The notes beneath the pieces were generated by a model, which did not search any database, was not told the DNA's origin, and worked only from the letters and a program-made list of their open reading frames with translations. A program made the position numbers and the translations under genes. This document shows positions 38,701 through 50,001 of a stretch of 64,000 bases of DNA, piece after piece. Numbering within the stretch: position 1 is the stretch's first letter; each line of letters starts with the position of its first letter. Origin of the DNA: Phoronis australis (taxonomy: Eukaryota; Animalia; Phoronida); contig NMRA01000508.1 of the NCBI GenBank assembly GCA_002633005.1, forward strand, positions 204,031-268,030, read 5' to 3'.

Positions 38701-41700
38701 TGACGGCAATATGCGACCACATATCTAAATATGTGGGCGCATAATAAAAGTACCCACTTGAACACACAATTGTTTGAATTGTTTTTTGTAGTGGCTGCTT
38801 TTATTTCCTATTGTATGAATACCTGGTCACGCACCACACTTTCAGGATCTTTTTAATATCGGATTTATTTTTATCAATTGATTAGTAATGCTTAAAACAC
38901 ATAAATTGATTTCAGAATAATAAATAGGCACAACAAATTATGCAAATTTGACCAAAAGCATCTTCAAGAGACAATCCCCTTTAAATAATACAAGTTTATT
39001 AAGTAACCTTTCTCAGTTGCCAAGGCAACAACCTTTGACCTCAACATACCTTTGTACTTTTAATTCTAGTTTCTTGGATTGACTCTTTGAAGCTACAAGA
39101 AAGTAAACAATATACAAATATACGGAGGTATTCAAAAATAATTATTCTAAAATACCAGATAAGAAATTATTGTAGACCCGATATCAGTACTTTTAACTGG
39201 TCAAAAGATAGCGATGACAAAGCTACTCATTCAAGCAATCAATGACTATTATGCAATTCAAAGATTGGTCACGCGTAGTTAGGAATGTCAACTCAGTGTC
39301 TTAAAGCGCAAAAACAGAGGATTTCAGTCCCACAAATGAACCAAAAAAGCTCCTGAAGATGGCGCCAGCACATGGTTTCAAATGAGGTTAAATAAACCAC
39401 CATGTGCAGCATCTGTCAGTTTCCTTTACCAAGCGAGCTTAAACTCGCAAAGCTGCAAAATGGCAAAGTCAATTATTAATGTTGTGTCCAGACTGGGAAA
39501 ACAATGACACCACATTCTTTAGATAGAAATAAATAATCAGAACATACTTCTGAACGTAGGCGTAAAGCATGTGATTGGCTGAGAAGGCTATCCCTGCGAC
39601 ATTCTTGGGCATCTTAGCCAGCAACTGTGGACGGCAAGATAGACAACCCTCCTCTGAAAGTACAGATCAGCGACAACCAATAATTCTCGAGAGCCTTTAG
39701 AAGCTATTTAGTATAAAATTTGCAAGCTATTTATGCTTCTTTTAGGTTCCCTAACTAGACGTTAAATTTGTTGTGGTGATCAATGGAAAAATGCCACTAA
39801 ATTAGAATGCAACATGGCATACTGGGGAAAATGTATATTCTTTCATTTTCATATGAAGCAGAATGCAAATTAGAACATCGAAGCAACCTTCTCAAAGCGC
39901 GCCACAGAACTGGAAAATGTGTCACCTTCAAGTAAAACGCGTAATTTCTAAATTTTTTGTCGAAATGTAATTCATAATGGCAAAGGCGACCTTTTCAAAT
40001 TTCTCCTAAAAATTACAAATCTATGAGTAGGGGTTATAACAAATGCAGTTTTATTCGCTTAGACGTTCAGTACACATGAGAAATGATCAGACAAGATGAC
40101 CCAGACTTCCCAGTCCTGACAGCTGAATACAAGACGAGTGCATTTCACCATGAGGGTATTAACTAACATAACTCATAGTGACATCTGGTGATGGCTCATT
40201 ACTCATTATGCTGCAGTGAGGGTATTTTGTCTTACCACAATAATTGTTTGTACCATATTGCAGTTCTCTGGAATCACTACCATAACAACAGTTCTCACCC
40301 AGAGGACATTATAATTCAGGTGTCCCAAAGGATTAGTAGCATCTTCTCATGAAAGACTGACAATCAGTAGTGAAAAGCAGTAAACTAAATGAAAGGCTTC
40401 GCAATGATACAGAGAGTCTCGTTATCTAACAAACACACAGTCACACTGTGATGTCTAAGCTTGGGACCATCAATAGGCGATATCACATCAATTATTCGCA
40501 TAACAGCATAATTTTTCATCTTAAGTGTCCGCTGCTTTACTCACTTTGGCTTATGTGGTAGATATGTCCGTCACCAGATGTCGCCACTAGACCACCATGA
40601 GCTTGCACTATAGCTGGAAGCAGGAGAAACCTTGATAAAACACACATTTTGAACGTTTAACACAAAGATCAGAGTTTTTACCTCAAAGAAACAATTGGCT
40701 TTTGTCTTTTGACATGAGCCAAAAGTTAGACATGTCTGTCAGACTTCAAATTGCCAAAAATCGATTTTTTGACCTATGTCTCATGAAATGTTTTGTCTTC
40801 TGTCAAATTGAACTGGCTACCGATTTCTGTCTTTCAGCCTTGGCCTTATTTCTGTCTTTTAGCCTTGGCCTTTTTTGTCTTTCAGCCTTGGCCTTATTGT
40901 TATGAAACAGGCCACACCAAAGGCAGACGGACTTTTAACCAAAAGCCAAAAGTGAGTAGACTCTTCAAGACACACACCCTGGGTACAACACAGAGTACAT
41001 ACAGTTTGTCATAGATTTTATAAGGCATCTTGTAAAATTATCATCAATGGACCTCCAGGAGGTAAGGTTGTGAATTACGACTTTTCAAGGCAATACCATG
41101 ATTCTATATTTACTGAACACATAGTCAGAGCTGATTGAAATTCTCGCTGGTTCCCTGCGTGCTTAGCCCAGCCAGCACGCAGGTATCACCTAGTGGCACG
41201 TGCTTTAGCATTGGTCGATGTAATCTTGGCAGTCATTGGTTAGCTTTACAACACCGTGAAAAAATGGCGGGACTGTGAACGATTTTTAGTCTTGTCGTTT
41301 CTGAAGTGATGTTTAATAGCCGCGTGCTTGAAGCACATACATGCACAATAAACACATATTATGTGGCCGATTTAACCAGTGTGTTATTCATACTGTATAA
41401 GGACACTATCGTAAACAAAAGTCATCGACAGTAGAAAGATGTATTCCGAAAAGACTCAATACAATTTCTAGTAGGCTTCACATTTCCTGAACATGATTTT
41501 AAGCACCGATTTGTCTGTACAACAGACCTCCGTGACATTTACACTTCAGTCCATCAGTCATGCCAGTTTGTTTGCGCAAAGCGCTGCCTGTTGAGAATTC
41601 GACTAGCCAATCAGAAACGCCGGTGTAAAAAAATTTACAGAGGAAATTTAAGTGATACCTGCGTGCTGGCGCGGCTACCGCCCCACCTAGCGGCACGCAG

Positions 41701-44700
41701 GGAACCAGCGAGATTGAAATTCAGCAGACCGACACACTGAAAACTGTGACACCAATTTTTCACAATAAAGTACATGTAACCTCATACGACTCAACTGTAA
41801 AAGTGTTAAGAAACAAAATTACCAAACCATAGACAGATATCTTCTGATGTGAAGAAATATTCTACTGAGATATTTCTGTAAATTTTTTCAATTACTGCAA
41901 AAGTGAACCTTCGCAATACTTACTACTGAACTGAAAAGAATTGGTCGTTTCAAGAACATTTGCGGTTGATATTATCTCATCATCGTTCACTTCCAAACTG
42001 AAGGCCACCAAAAACCTCTCCTTTCCCACCAGCAGTAACTTGTCCTGAGAATTTGGATAATTATATTGACTTAATGTAAATGCAGCAATTATTTCACTTT
42101 TTTAATTTGTTATACAATGACATGGGCCATTTTATCTGAATGTTTTTGGTGAGTAACGTACATGCTAAAAATAATCAGACAAAACACTCCCATGTGTGAT
42201 GACTAGGGCACCAGCAGCCACACAAAAAACAACCTGGACCTGCCATTCCCTGATGAACTGACAGTTGCAGACCGACGGACGCAATTTCTGTTCAGTGTAC
42301 CTTGAATTTCAGGTGATACCACTAAATGCAAGAAAAAGCAAAAATTGTGTTATTTGTGATTCCTAACACTTAGTAAAGGAACCATGAAAAATGGAAGCAA
42401 AAAGACGACTAAAAGAGAGGCTATGCGAGTCAGGCTTAAGCATAGTAACAGTGACATATTCTGTACTTGTGTCCATCATCAGGAATATCAAATGGTAATA
42501 CCTGTGGAGACCATGCCATGTTGTTGACCTCAAGGTGGTCCGTCTCCATCCAAAGCATCTTGGGATTGCCACATACAGAGATTTCAGGCCCCGGCATCTG
42601 TACATTTAAAGCGTGACAGGTCACTGAGCCTCTGAGATCACCAACAGCCAGCAGCCCTACAAGACAAGACAACAGTACATTGATCCTGAGTAACATAATC
42701 TACCCCCAGACACAGCGCCACCTATACCTAAAAGTGGGGAAGCAGTAAGTGAGCTACATTCCGTGCACCAGTACTTAAGAAGGCTTACTCATCATAACAA
42801 AGAATCAAAACTGAGTCAAACCAGTGATTATAGAGCAGTGTTGCAATTGGCTTTACAACTGGATTAAAGAACCAGTGTACTTGTATGATCCTAACTGTTT
42901 AAGGTATAACAGGGAGTAAACGCAATTCAAATTTAACATATCCAACACTTAACAACCACACTTATCAAGTCTGTGGAAGTTAACTACCAGATAATTTGTG
43001 GAAAAAAATCTCCATTTTGACCTTTCCTACCAATGATGAACGGGGGGGGAACTCCATGTTACTCCCTCCCGATCACAATACTTACCAGACAATAATTGTT
43101 GATTCGTGGTGAATCATATCATAATCACAAAACTCATTCTTAAAAACATTTATCAGTTTCCTTACATGCTGCATGATACACAATATGTTGTATTTACAAT
43201 GTTTGGCCACAAAGCTAACAGTGGAAATAAGGCTGAAGATTCCACTTGAAATCATAACAGTTTTTAGAGTGGGAAATCAAGCTAAGTGAACCATGTGACA
43301 TCGGCAAACACTGCACATAACTCGTAGCAATATAAAACCTTGAAAAAGACTTCAGCTTTGAAAAAGAGTTCAGTAACAAGAAAGTACACACAGGCTTTAA
43401 GAATGACAGTGTACATGGTTTTAAACGTAATCCAAACTCAGTGCGTAATAACGTTACCTTTGTCATGAGAGAGAGGACACCAGCAGAGATTTCTCGGAAA
43501 TGAAAGCCCAGTTGCAATAGTGGTTAACAGGTGGCAGTCCGCACTGAAGAAAAAACAAATATTAATACTTTATTATCAACTTGTTTCTAATTCAAAAGCA
43601 TGAAAGTTTTGAGACATCTAATTGAAAACTTATGACAAATACTGGAATTTGTTTACTTGAGTTAGCGTCCGACTCTCACAGACTTCAGCTTGGCTAGTGG
43701 TGTTACTATCGTTCTGGCCAATAGGTGGCGTTTCAACCGGAGGACGTCGCATCAAGATCAGGACACTATCTCATAGGTGTGACAGATGGAGCCTTTATCC
43801 ACCTTGCGTATTCAGAGAGGGGCGCTTCATGTTCTATGACTACCCTTCAGAACCAGTTTTCCTCACAGTCTAAAACTAGGCGAAGATACTGTGAAATACA
43901 CATTAACTGTTTTGTTTCACTTACATAGTTTTCTGAGCACTGGTTGTCCTTGCGCTGAATACCATAGACTACGCATGGTTCATTATGCTGAGGAGTATTG
44001 TCCTTGACATTAACCAGTTGGCTGCAGAGTGAATTAAATGGCTTATGGATGGTAGAAATGTCAAACTGTTTAAAGGTCCACTTACGAAAGTCAGACACTA
44101 ACGGACAAGGCTCCTAAGTGTGCTAAATCCTACCTAGTTCATGATGTTCGGTGCAAGAACAACCAGGGCTCAGACAGCTATGTAAGAGAAACGAAACGGT
44201 CCTTAAAAATGCGTATGTCACAACATCGTTGCCGTAGTTACGGTGACACATATGACTCAGCTATTATGCACCACCAGACATGACTTTGATACTGATGATG
44301 TTGCTACCATAGACAGTGAGGAAGACTGGTTCCGAAGGGGTGTCAAAGAAGCTCCATACGAGCGCCCATCTCTGAATAATTCAGGTGGATTACGGTTCCA
44401 ACCGTCACACATATGGGATAGTGTCCCAACTTCGATGCCACGTCCTATGGCTAAAACGACACCTGTTGGCCAGAACAATACTAACACCACTAGCCAAGCT
44501 AAAGTCCATGAGAGATGGAAGCAATGTCGCTAACTCAAGTAAGCAAATTCTAGTATTTGACTTAATTTTTTTCTGTAGTAGTATTTATTTATTACAGTGA
44601 CAAGTACAATTAAATCAAACAGTTATTGGTATAACATTCGTAAGAAAGATAATTACCCAACCCAGTTGGGCTTATTAGTCACTTTAACCACACAACTCAG

Positions 44701-47700
44701 ATGTAGGCCTACCATCAATGCGGCGGTTTCTAAGTTCAAAAGCAGACTTGATATATTTGGCAAACTGCCTAGGGAAGCACTGAAACAACAGTTTTAACAT
44801 ATCTAATCTTTTGACTACTGAAATATGCAAAGTTCGGGATTTGAAGTGTATATTAATTGTTTCTAATTTCATGGTAAGTATTCTCATTTAGCTGGGGGGA
44901 TCAAATGATATAATTGTTGACAAATCACAAATTTTGTTGCAGTTTCACAAATCAATACAAGGCACTCACACGACATTGATCAAAGAAAGAGCAGGACAGG
45001 TAACACCTGCACAAACCCTTCAACATGGAGGTTGGCTTCTTTCAGTAGCCAGCAGCAGGCACAGATTTTGGCCCATTTTCTATTACATCCTTCTTCTGAG
45101 TTTAAAGTGATAAACCAACAGGAATACACTTCTGATTTTGGCAAGATACTGCCTGAATCATTCCACAATCACAACTTTAATTCCTTCGGTAGGCACACAA
45201 ATATGGAATGGTCTGATTATGATCTATACCACGACGGTAATTCTAGGGTATTTTAAATAGAACACAGAAGTCGAAATACCAGGAATTAGGAAAATTAGAC
45301 ATAACTAATGTGGCAGTTTCATGGAGAAGACAAATACTTCCAACACACCTATACACCAACTACTAACAGACGAACAGACGAGCGTACCTGCTGCTACAAG
45401 GACCGTTGATCCTCCAAATTACTATGTGACCCGATTTCATCAGGACAAACAGGTGGCAGTAGGTCAAAGGTCGGGGCTCTGCCCTCGGCAGTTTCGGGGT
45501 CTCGTGATTTGGTGGTGCAGTACTGCCTGTCTCACAGTATAAGTCTGACCATACCAGTGCTGCAACAGAACTAAAGATTAAGTCAAATATGAAATGATGT
45601 GCTAATAATTATATAGCAAAACATGTATTCAATAATTGACATATCGCAAGCTCCGCCCCCTTGCGAAATGTCCACAAACAAACTATAAGTTTTACCCGGC
45701 AACGTCTAGTTTGTCGGGTAAAATTTCGGCTTGGAACCGAAGGGGTGTCAAGAATGCTGCGTTCTGATTGGTCAGTTCACCCGTCACTCAAAATCCTGGT
45801 GATAGGTTAATTGTGGTGTCCACAGCCGATATTTCTGTCAGAGTTCTCGGGAGATACTCGACGATGTTACATTTTACCCCATAATTCAACATTCCTGCCA
45901 AACTGGACCGTCACTTCGATAATAGTCAGTTAACATGTGATAGTAAAGTAGTATCTTAGTCCCAAATTCTCGGCACGCTCGTAAGAACCTACTGCTAGGC
46001 AAAGGACATCAGGGTTGCATTGCCCACTAGCGCCACCTACGTGAACTTACAGACAGCTGAGAGAGCGTAGTTCCTATTGATCAGTCTCTTAAGGGTGTCA
46101 TTCTTAGTCCCGTAATCCAGGTGAGACATACTATCTACCTCGTGGTACCCCTGTTCCCTGACAACCCCCAGATGCATATCAGTGAGATTCACTACCTGGA
46201 ATACAAAGACGAAATTACCTGGTAATTCAGCTGTAATGGAAATGACAAGAGGTCCACATCAAGGGTAATAAACTGGGCAATGGCTGGATATAACATGCCT
46301 ACATTTTGAGAACCAGTTTGACGTCTGTTATTCAGTGGAGTAAACTGCTTCTCAAAATGGAGGCAGATTATATCTGACTCGCCACAAACCGTACATAAAA
46401 TGATCTCAGAAATTTCCCATGCCATGACAGCAGGTAAATTTTCATGATCAAAAATTCAACCAGTGATTAAATAATATGAAGTAGAGTTTTGAAGGATCAG
46501 TCCACTCAGTCAAAAATGACATTCTGAAAATCAATTTCATCATGTCCAAATCTACAACTTCTATTGGAGGCTGGCCTTTATCAGGCCCATGGCCTGGTTG
46601 GTCATCCCATGAGGGAGGCAGCAAAGGTAAAACAATGACCATCAGGTGGTGATCCTGGAATTGGTGGAGTTTACTATGAATGCAAACATAATAGCTCATT
46701 AAATTCAGACCTGCTGCCTGAGCTGCTTGGTCACCAGTGTAATCCTTTGATGACACTTCATTACGTCATAAACCAGGAGCCTGTTTACTGTCAACAACCC
46801 AGCCATCTGACAATTGTGTTGGCCGGCAATGAAGTAATTGAAACTAGCAGTTCAGGTGTCAGACAAATTTAATTGGGTTTCGGCTTGAATTTTCACCTGT
46901 ATTGGTGCATTGGTGCATTTTAGATCCAACAGTGACTATTTGCACGCTTTTATTTTATTTTAAGATGCCTAACTGTATGCAGTTGGGCGGGCTCACCATA
47001 CTCCAACAGCCAGTCTTCTCGGCAGATTCGTACACGGACACGTGACCAACGTGCGAGAGGACAGCCAGCATGCAGCTGCAAGGAAGCAAATTATACAGTC
47101 ACAAGTTGTATGGATTGCGTGAAAGTTTGACCCAAAGTGTCTCAACAACTTATAGTACTATCCAGATAACATAGAGTTGTATAAGCCCAAATTGTCACAC
47201 TTAGATATTGCTTTGACAATAATAATAATAATTAAGGCGTCTGCTGGCGCAAACTGAAGTTGCGATAACTTTTTGGCAGTTACCACAAAGCAAGAGAATC
47301 ATGCTGAAAAAATGTAGCTGAGACCCATACAAATAGTAGAGATAAGTTCTGGGTCACTTGAGGTTCACTTAATTAAGCACACCATCAAAGAAATTCGAAA
47401 AAATTAAATGTTCTTTACCGGCCCCTGTTGGCGATTCCTGCAGGCGACCATCGTGCAAGTTTGACCGAGTTGCACGGTTCAACAGGCAATTGCTCAGGGA
47501 CTAAATTCTTGTCAAACACTATTCGATCATAGTCGAAACCTGCACAGGCAAATACAAGTATGATAAAATAAATTACAGTAAATTTGGCAGATGCGTTTTT
47601 GCCACAAAAGTGTAACACAATCATGCAGTTTCTCAGAAACTTTATTTAAATTGTCTGCTTCCCATTACAGAGAGTGCATGAAAATAGAAAAATGGCAATT

Positions 47701-50001
47701 TTGACCATTATTTTTGAGGAAACATTACCACAATGCAACATTTCCCACTGATCGCCACGGTAATATGCAAAAAATGGCACTAGAGTTGGATAATGTGTAA
47801 AAGATGGCACTAGTGTTCAAATTTATTGTACTCTTTTTGACAACGTTGCAGCTTCATAGTGGCTAGCACAAATTACAAATGTGCCTCTGAGGTGCACAAA
47901 AATGTTGAACTGTTACCCAAATTGTCCTCCAGGTGTCACCACAAACACAATGGATCAATCAGAAACTGGCTTTCATCATAACAGTAGCCTTCATTCATGA
48001 CCGAGAATTAAGGGGAAGTAACAACAAAGTCAGTAAGGTGGCGCTGTCATCAAAGTCAATACCAGCTATTTTTTCTGTAAACAGAAATTGCTGTCATTGC
48101 AGGAGTGCGCCCCAACAAATGTTTTCCTTACCACAGACAGTTTTGTGTTTACCTGGAGAAAATGAACTGAGGAGTTCGTAAGTTGCAATCTCGACATTCA
48201 GTGAATACAACTTCTCCAAGTTTGCTAAGAAGGACCAGCGATGCGCCGCTTTGGACTGAGACAGATAAATTTCCTGCAACACACATTCAACAGCAGTGTT
48301 AAGTTTACATAGCTAAGTTTTCGTATTACTTTTTGATAAAGCAAATTTTTTCTCACTAAAATTTTTGATTTTACGGGATTCCAGGGGGGTAATCTTCAGT
48401 TGATAAAACTTTTTGATTTAATGGGTTTCAAGTGGACTGCGGTTGCTGAGGTTGCTTTGAGCAGTATTTCTTGCAGAATCAACATTACACAAAGACCTTA
48501 ACAATGGTCTCAACACCATTGCCACATTTATGGACGCCATAATTCACAGGCATTCGAATACTTCACGCTTGTTAAGGCCGGGTATCGTCCGTGTAATACT
48601 TTCACATGGTAAGATAGCTATGTTCAATCACCGCTCCTGAATTCAACAACTCACCGAAAAGTGAACGTGTTATTCAGTGGGAGAAATAGATTATAAAAAC
48701 CCAAAAGTACTGGATTTAAAAAAACCTCAGACACTCTTAAGAGCTTCAGAAATCTTTTCACAAAATGTAGGCAGGCGGTGTTCAGTCATAGCTTGCTAAT
48801 GGTGGCGTACAGCCCAGTAGATTGAGTGGAGGAGCGAACAGGGCACTTAACGTAATTAGGATGGTTGGGACGTCATGTTGAAATGGAGAGCATTTCTTCA
48901 GTTTTCTGGGACAGGTTAACCTGGGCCACTGAAGTTTTCACTATTTTTATATGGGTGTCTGTTCAGATTAATAAAATTGAGTTGAATGAAAATTGTGTTG
49001 GCTTGAACAAGTTTCAGCGAATCAGGGGGAGTATTTGTTGAGATGGAGGGTTTTAAAGACTCTAACTGCGACCAAAGGTGTCCACCAACGTTTCAAAGGC
49101 ACACGCAGTAACGTGATTTTGATTGCTCAGTCAAGATTATGCATAATTTGCAGACAATCTTTTGGCAGGTCGTCTTCTAATCTAGTAGACACTGATCACC
49201 ATCTCTAATTGGTTCAATAGCTTCAATAGAGACGGTGTAGCTCATACAGGCGCTTCATACGCAGGAACCTTTTCAGCAAATTATGCCTCACACCAACTAA
49301 AACAACAGTCATGTCATTATTAAATACCCTATGCGCATGCAGGGGCACCTTAGGAGGCCTTTTGTGTCTTTAATAACTTCCAACTCGAACAAATACTCTG
49401 GTATCAAACTTCATATTCGAGCAGTTCTTCGTTAAGATTCCGAATTCAGTAACCGGCCATTTTTAACACTGCGCGCGGCAGGTGGTATGATGTCATATCT
49501 CCTGGCATGCGCAGTGTAAAATTGGCTAGTTACTAATTTTGCGAACTGATTGAGCCTTTTTTGAGGGACTATTCGAAGAAAAAGCTAGCTTGATAACGGG
49601 AGTATTTGTTCGGCGGGATGGAAGGAATTAAAGACACCGATGGCCTTCTAAGACGGCCCTCTATAAACATAAGGTATTTATAACAACATAACTTTGATGT
49701 TTCAGTTAGTGTGAGGCATAATTTGCTGAAAAGTTTCAGGCGTATGAACCGCTTATAGGAGCTACACCGTCTAGATATAAAGCCTAATAGAGACCCGCTG
49801 TCTACTAAAACTCCTCTCGTGGCCAGAGACGTTTTTATAGGATTTCACTTCACAGTTACGTGCATTAACAATTACAATAACGTGTACGCCATCTTCTGAA
49901 ACAACAGCGACTCTAGAATCTTCTGAAAAGCTGATTGCTTGACTGTTGACAGCACTGCGTTGGAAATTAACGGACAAGACTGCAGGAACAGTAAAATCCA
50001 T
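23658..50001 (-). CDS. GTF3C4: General transcription factor IIIC subunit 4 (TFIIIC90), multi-exon gene
   Basis: 19 GT-AG exons with consistent phases except one join across the 32977-33676 gap. Motifs match recalled human GTF3C4: SFSEDSRVAV (~AWSEDHRVSV), RWSPAGIANRGRCMLAVLS (~WSPMGCDANGRCLLAALT), LWMETDHLEV, GIAFS, and C-terminal CAIC..CKNGH..RCC..C..PW..CVFCD zinc-finger pattern. About 730 codons seen. Confidence 0.9.
24017..24106 (-). CDS. GTF3C4: GTF3C4 penultimate exon
   Basis: YRCCQSLSLCYGTKDKYCMNCHSRALYTSG|gtaggc. Confidence 0.87.
24188..24406. mobile_element. Tc1/mariner-pogo-like MITE
   Basis: TA|CCGTAAACGTTCGGGTTAAC ... GTTAACCCTAACGTTTACGG|TA; internal AACCGCCCA repeats. Confidence 0.85.
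24685..25009 (+). mobile_element. MITE family B with 5-bp TSD and a nested family A copy
   Basis: TTGCT|CAGCGGCGGATCC...AATCAGCCACTG|TTGCT; insert at ~24752-24913 is absent from the 26785 copy. Confidence 0.75.
26785..26948 (-). mobile_element. MITE family B with 5-bp TSD
   Basis: CTGCT|CAGTGGCGGAAT...GGATCCGCCCCTG|CTGCT; related pieces at ~14720-14807 and ~58150-58325. Confidence 0.8.
27578..27631 (-). CDS. GTF3C4: GTF3C4 exon following the U12 intron
   Basis: SLAFTGIKQASCKNGHTM|gtaagt (~LPFTDRKQAVCSNGHIW). Confidence 0.88.
27632..27971 (-). other. U12-type (minor spliceosome) GT-AG intron of GTF3C4
   Basis: 5' site GTATCCTCA; branch site GACCTTAAC followed by only 9 nt (cctgttcag) to the exon; this join restores the conserved CxxC-x-CxNGH spacing. 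Confidence 0.85.
27972..28097 (-). CDS. GTF3C4: GTF3C4 exon preceding the U12 intron
   Basis: LLPLSKWLE...EEELCAICNE T|GTATCCTCA. Confidence 0.82.
29004..29097 (-). CDS. GTF3C4: GTF3C4 internal exon
   Basis: ESVEAVNRLEEELLRRRFMENVELLRLAQPS|gtgggt. Confidence 0.8.
29382..29458. repeat. ~20-bp tandem repeat (GTGCCTGTGAAATAG-like), 4 copies
   Basis: Direct reading. Confidence 0.7.
32477..32833 (-). CDS. GTF3C4: GTF3C4 internal exon with Ser-rich linker
   Basis: GLLSAMNGASDDYMHHRFAFLVL...LRRCSV|gtgagt, 119 codons, phase 0 to 0. Confidence 0.8.
32869..32976. repeat. 21-bp minisatellite TTCAGATCCATGGAGACCCCC running into an assembly gap
   Basis: Five near-identical units abutting Ns at 32977. 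Confidence 0.9.
34417..34489 (-). CDS. GTF3C4: GTF3C4 exon 13
   Basis: MVPKSTLYICQAVDLATSCQAFVQ G|gtaagt. Confidence 0.75.
34643..34673 (-). CDS. GTF3C4: GTF3C4 exon 12 (31-nt mini-exon)
   Basis: TKIKTVVTLH|gtgaga supplies the needed phase 2 to 0 bridge; weak acceptor. Confidence 0.55.
36357..37787. repeat. ~717-bp tandem duplication joined by a single N (37074); probable haplotype overlap
   Basis: 36357-37073 vs 37075-~37787 nearly identical with scattered SNPs and small indels. Confidence 0.85.
37432..38744. mobile_element. Helentron/HINE (DINE-1-like) non-autonomous element with internal ~145-bp tandem array
   Basis: Starts AACAAG; subterminal ATGCACCCAC pairs with GTGGGCGCAT; GAC-rich microsatellite-like stretch; terminal hairpin TATGCGACCACATAT-ctaa-ATATGTGGGCGCATA; inserted in an A run with no TSD; empty-site paralogue at 36129-36155. 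Confidence 0.65.
39548..39653 (-). CDS. GTF3C4: GTF3C4 exon 11
   Basis: EGCLSCRPQLLAKMPKNVAGIAFSANHMLYAYVQ|gtatgt. Confidence 0.82.
40545..40613 (-). CDS. GTF3C4: GTF3C4 exon 10
   Basis: IVQAHGGLVATSGDGHIYHISQ|gtgagt. Confidence 0.82.
40826..40897. repeat. ~24-bp tandem repeat TCTGTCTTTCAGCCTTGGCCTTATT x3
   Basis: Direct reading. Confidence 0.75.
41143..41712. mobile_element. MITE with 20-bp TIRs and 9-bp TSD (Mutator-like or Merlin-like)
   Basis: ATTGAAATT|CTCGCTGGTTCCCTGCGTGC ... GCACGCAGGGAACCAGCGAG|ATTGAAATT; extra subterminal inverted pair CCAGCACGCAGGTATCAC / GTGATACCTGCGTGCTGG. Confidence 0.9.
41924..42044 (-). CDS. GTF3C4: GTF3C4 exon 9
   Basis: DKLLLVGKERFLVAFSLEV...NSFQFS|gtaagt. 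Confidence 0.82.
42502..42656 (-). CDS. GTF3C4: GTF3C4 exon 8
   Basis: GLLAVGDLRGSV...MLWMETDHLEVNNMAWSPQ|gtatta. Confidence 0.87.
43458..43543 (-). CDS. GTF3C4: GTF3C4 exon 7
   Basis: ADCHLLTTIATGLSFPRNLCWCPLSHDK, phase 2 to 1. Confidence 0.82.
43638..44090 (-). mobile_element. Penelope-like retroelement fragment (degenerate GIY-YIG region)
   Basis: HKPFNSLCSQLVNVKD...CVVYGIQ...CSENYVSETKQ resembles the PLE FKP..L...KD..GVVY.I.C..C...YIGET pattern. Confidence 0.75.
44175..44559 (+). mobile_element. Penelope-like retroelement fragment (GIY-YIG C-terminal part), inverted to the preceding copy
   Basis: YVRETKRSLKMRMSQH...DSEEDWFRRGVKEA...PSLNNSGGLR...SHIWD; tail is reverse-complement similar to 43638-43830. 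Confidence 0.8.
45388..45559 (-). CDS. GTF3C4: GTF3C4 exon 6
   Basis: LVWSDLYC...HLFVLMKSGHIVIWRINGPCSS|gtacgc. Confidence 0.85.
46051..46195 (-). CDS. GTF3C4: GTF3C4 exon 5
   Basis: VVNLTDMHLGVVREQGY...RNYALSAV|gtaagt. Confidence 0.85.
46997..47075 (-). CDS. GTF3C4: GTF3C4 exon 4
   Basis: RCMLAVLSHVGHVSVYESAEKTGCWSM|gtgagc. Confidence 0.88.
47419..47539 (-). CDS. GTF3C4: GTF3C4 exon 3
   Basis: GFDYDRIVFDKNL...ARWSPAGIANRG, phase 1 to 2. Confidence 0.88.
48153..48273 (-). CDS. GTF3C4: GTF3C4 exon 2
   Basis: ttgcag|EIYLSQSKAAHRWSF...SSFSP G|gtaaac, phase 0 to 1. Confidence 0.75.
49230..49772. mobile_element. Long imperfect palindromic (foldback/MITE) element in GTF3C4 intron 1
   Basis: AGACGGTGTAGCTC...TTTTCAGCAAATTATGCCTCACAC pairs with GTGTGAGGCATAATTTGCTGAAAA...GAGCTACACCGTCT; complementarity continues toward a centre near 49495. 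Confidence 0.85.
49876..50001 (-). CDS. GTF3C4: GTF3C4 exon 1
   Basis: MDFTVPAVLSVNFQRSAVNSQAISFSEDSRVAVVSEDGVHVI|gtaatt. Confidence 0.85.

Noticed and set aside
44980-45168. ORF between GTF3C4 exons 6 and 7
   Set aside because: The required phase 2 to 1 exon with matching sequence is at 43458-43543.
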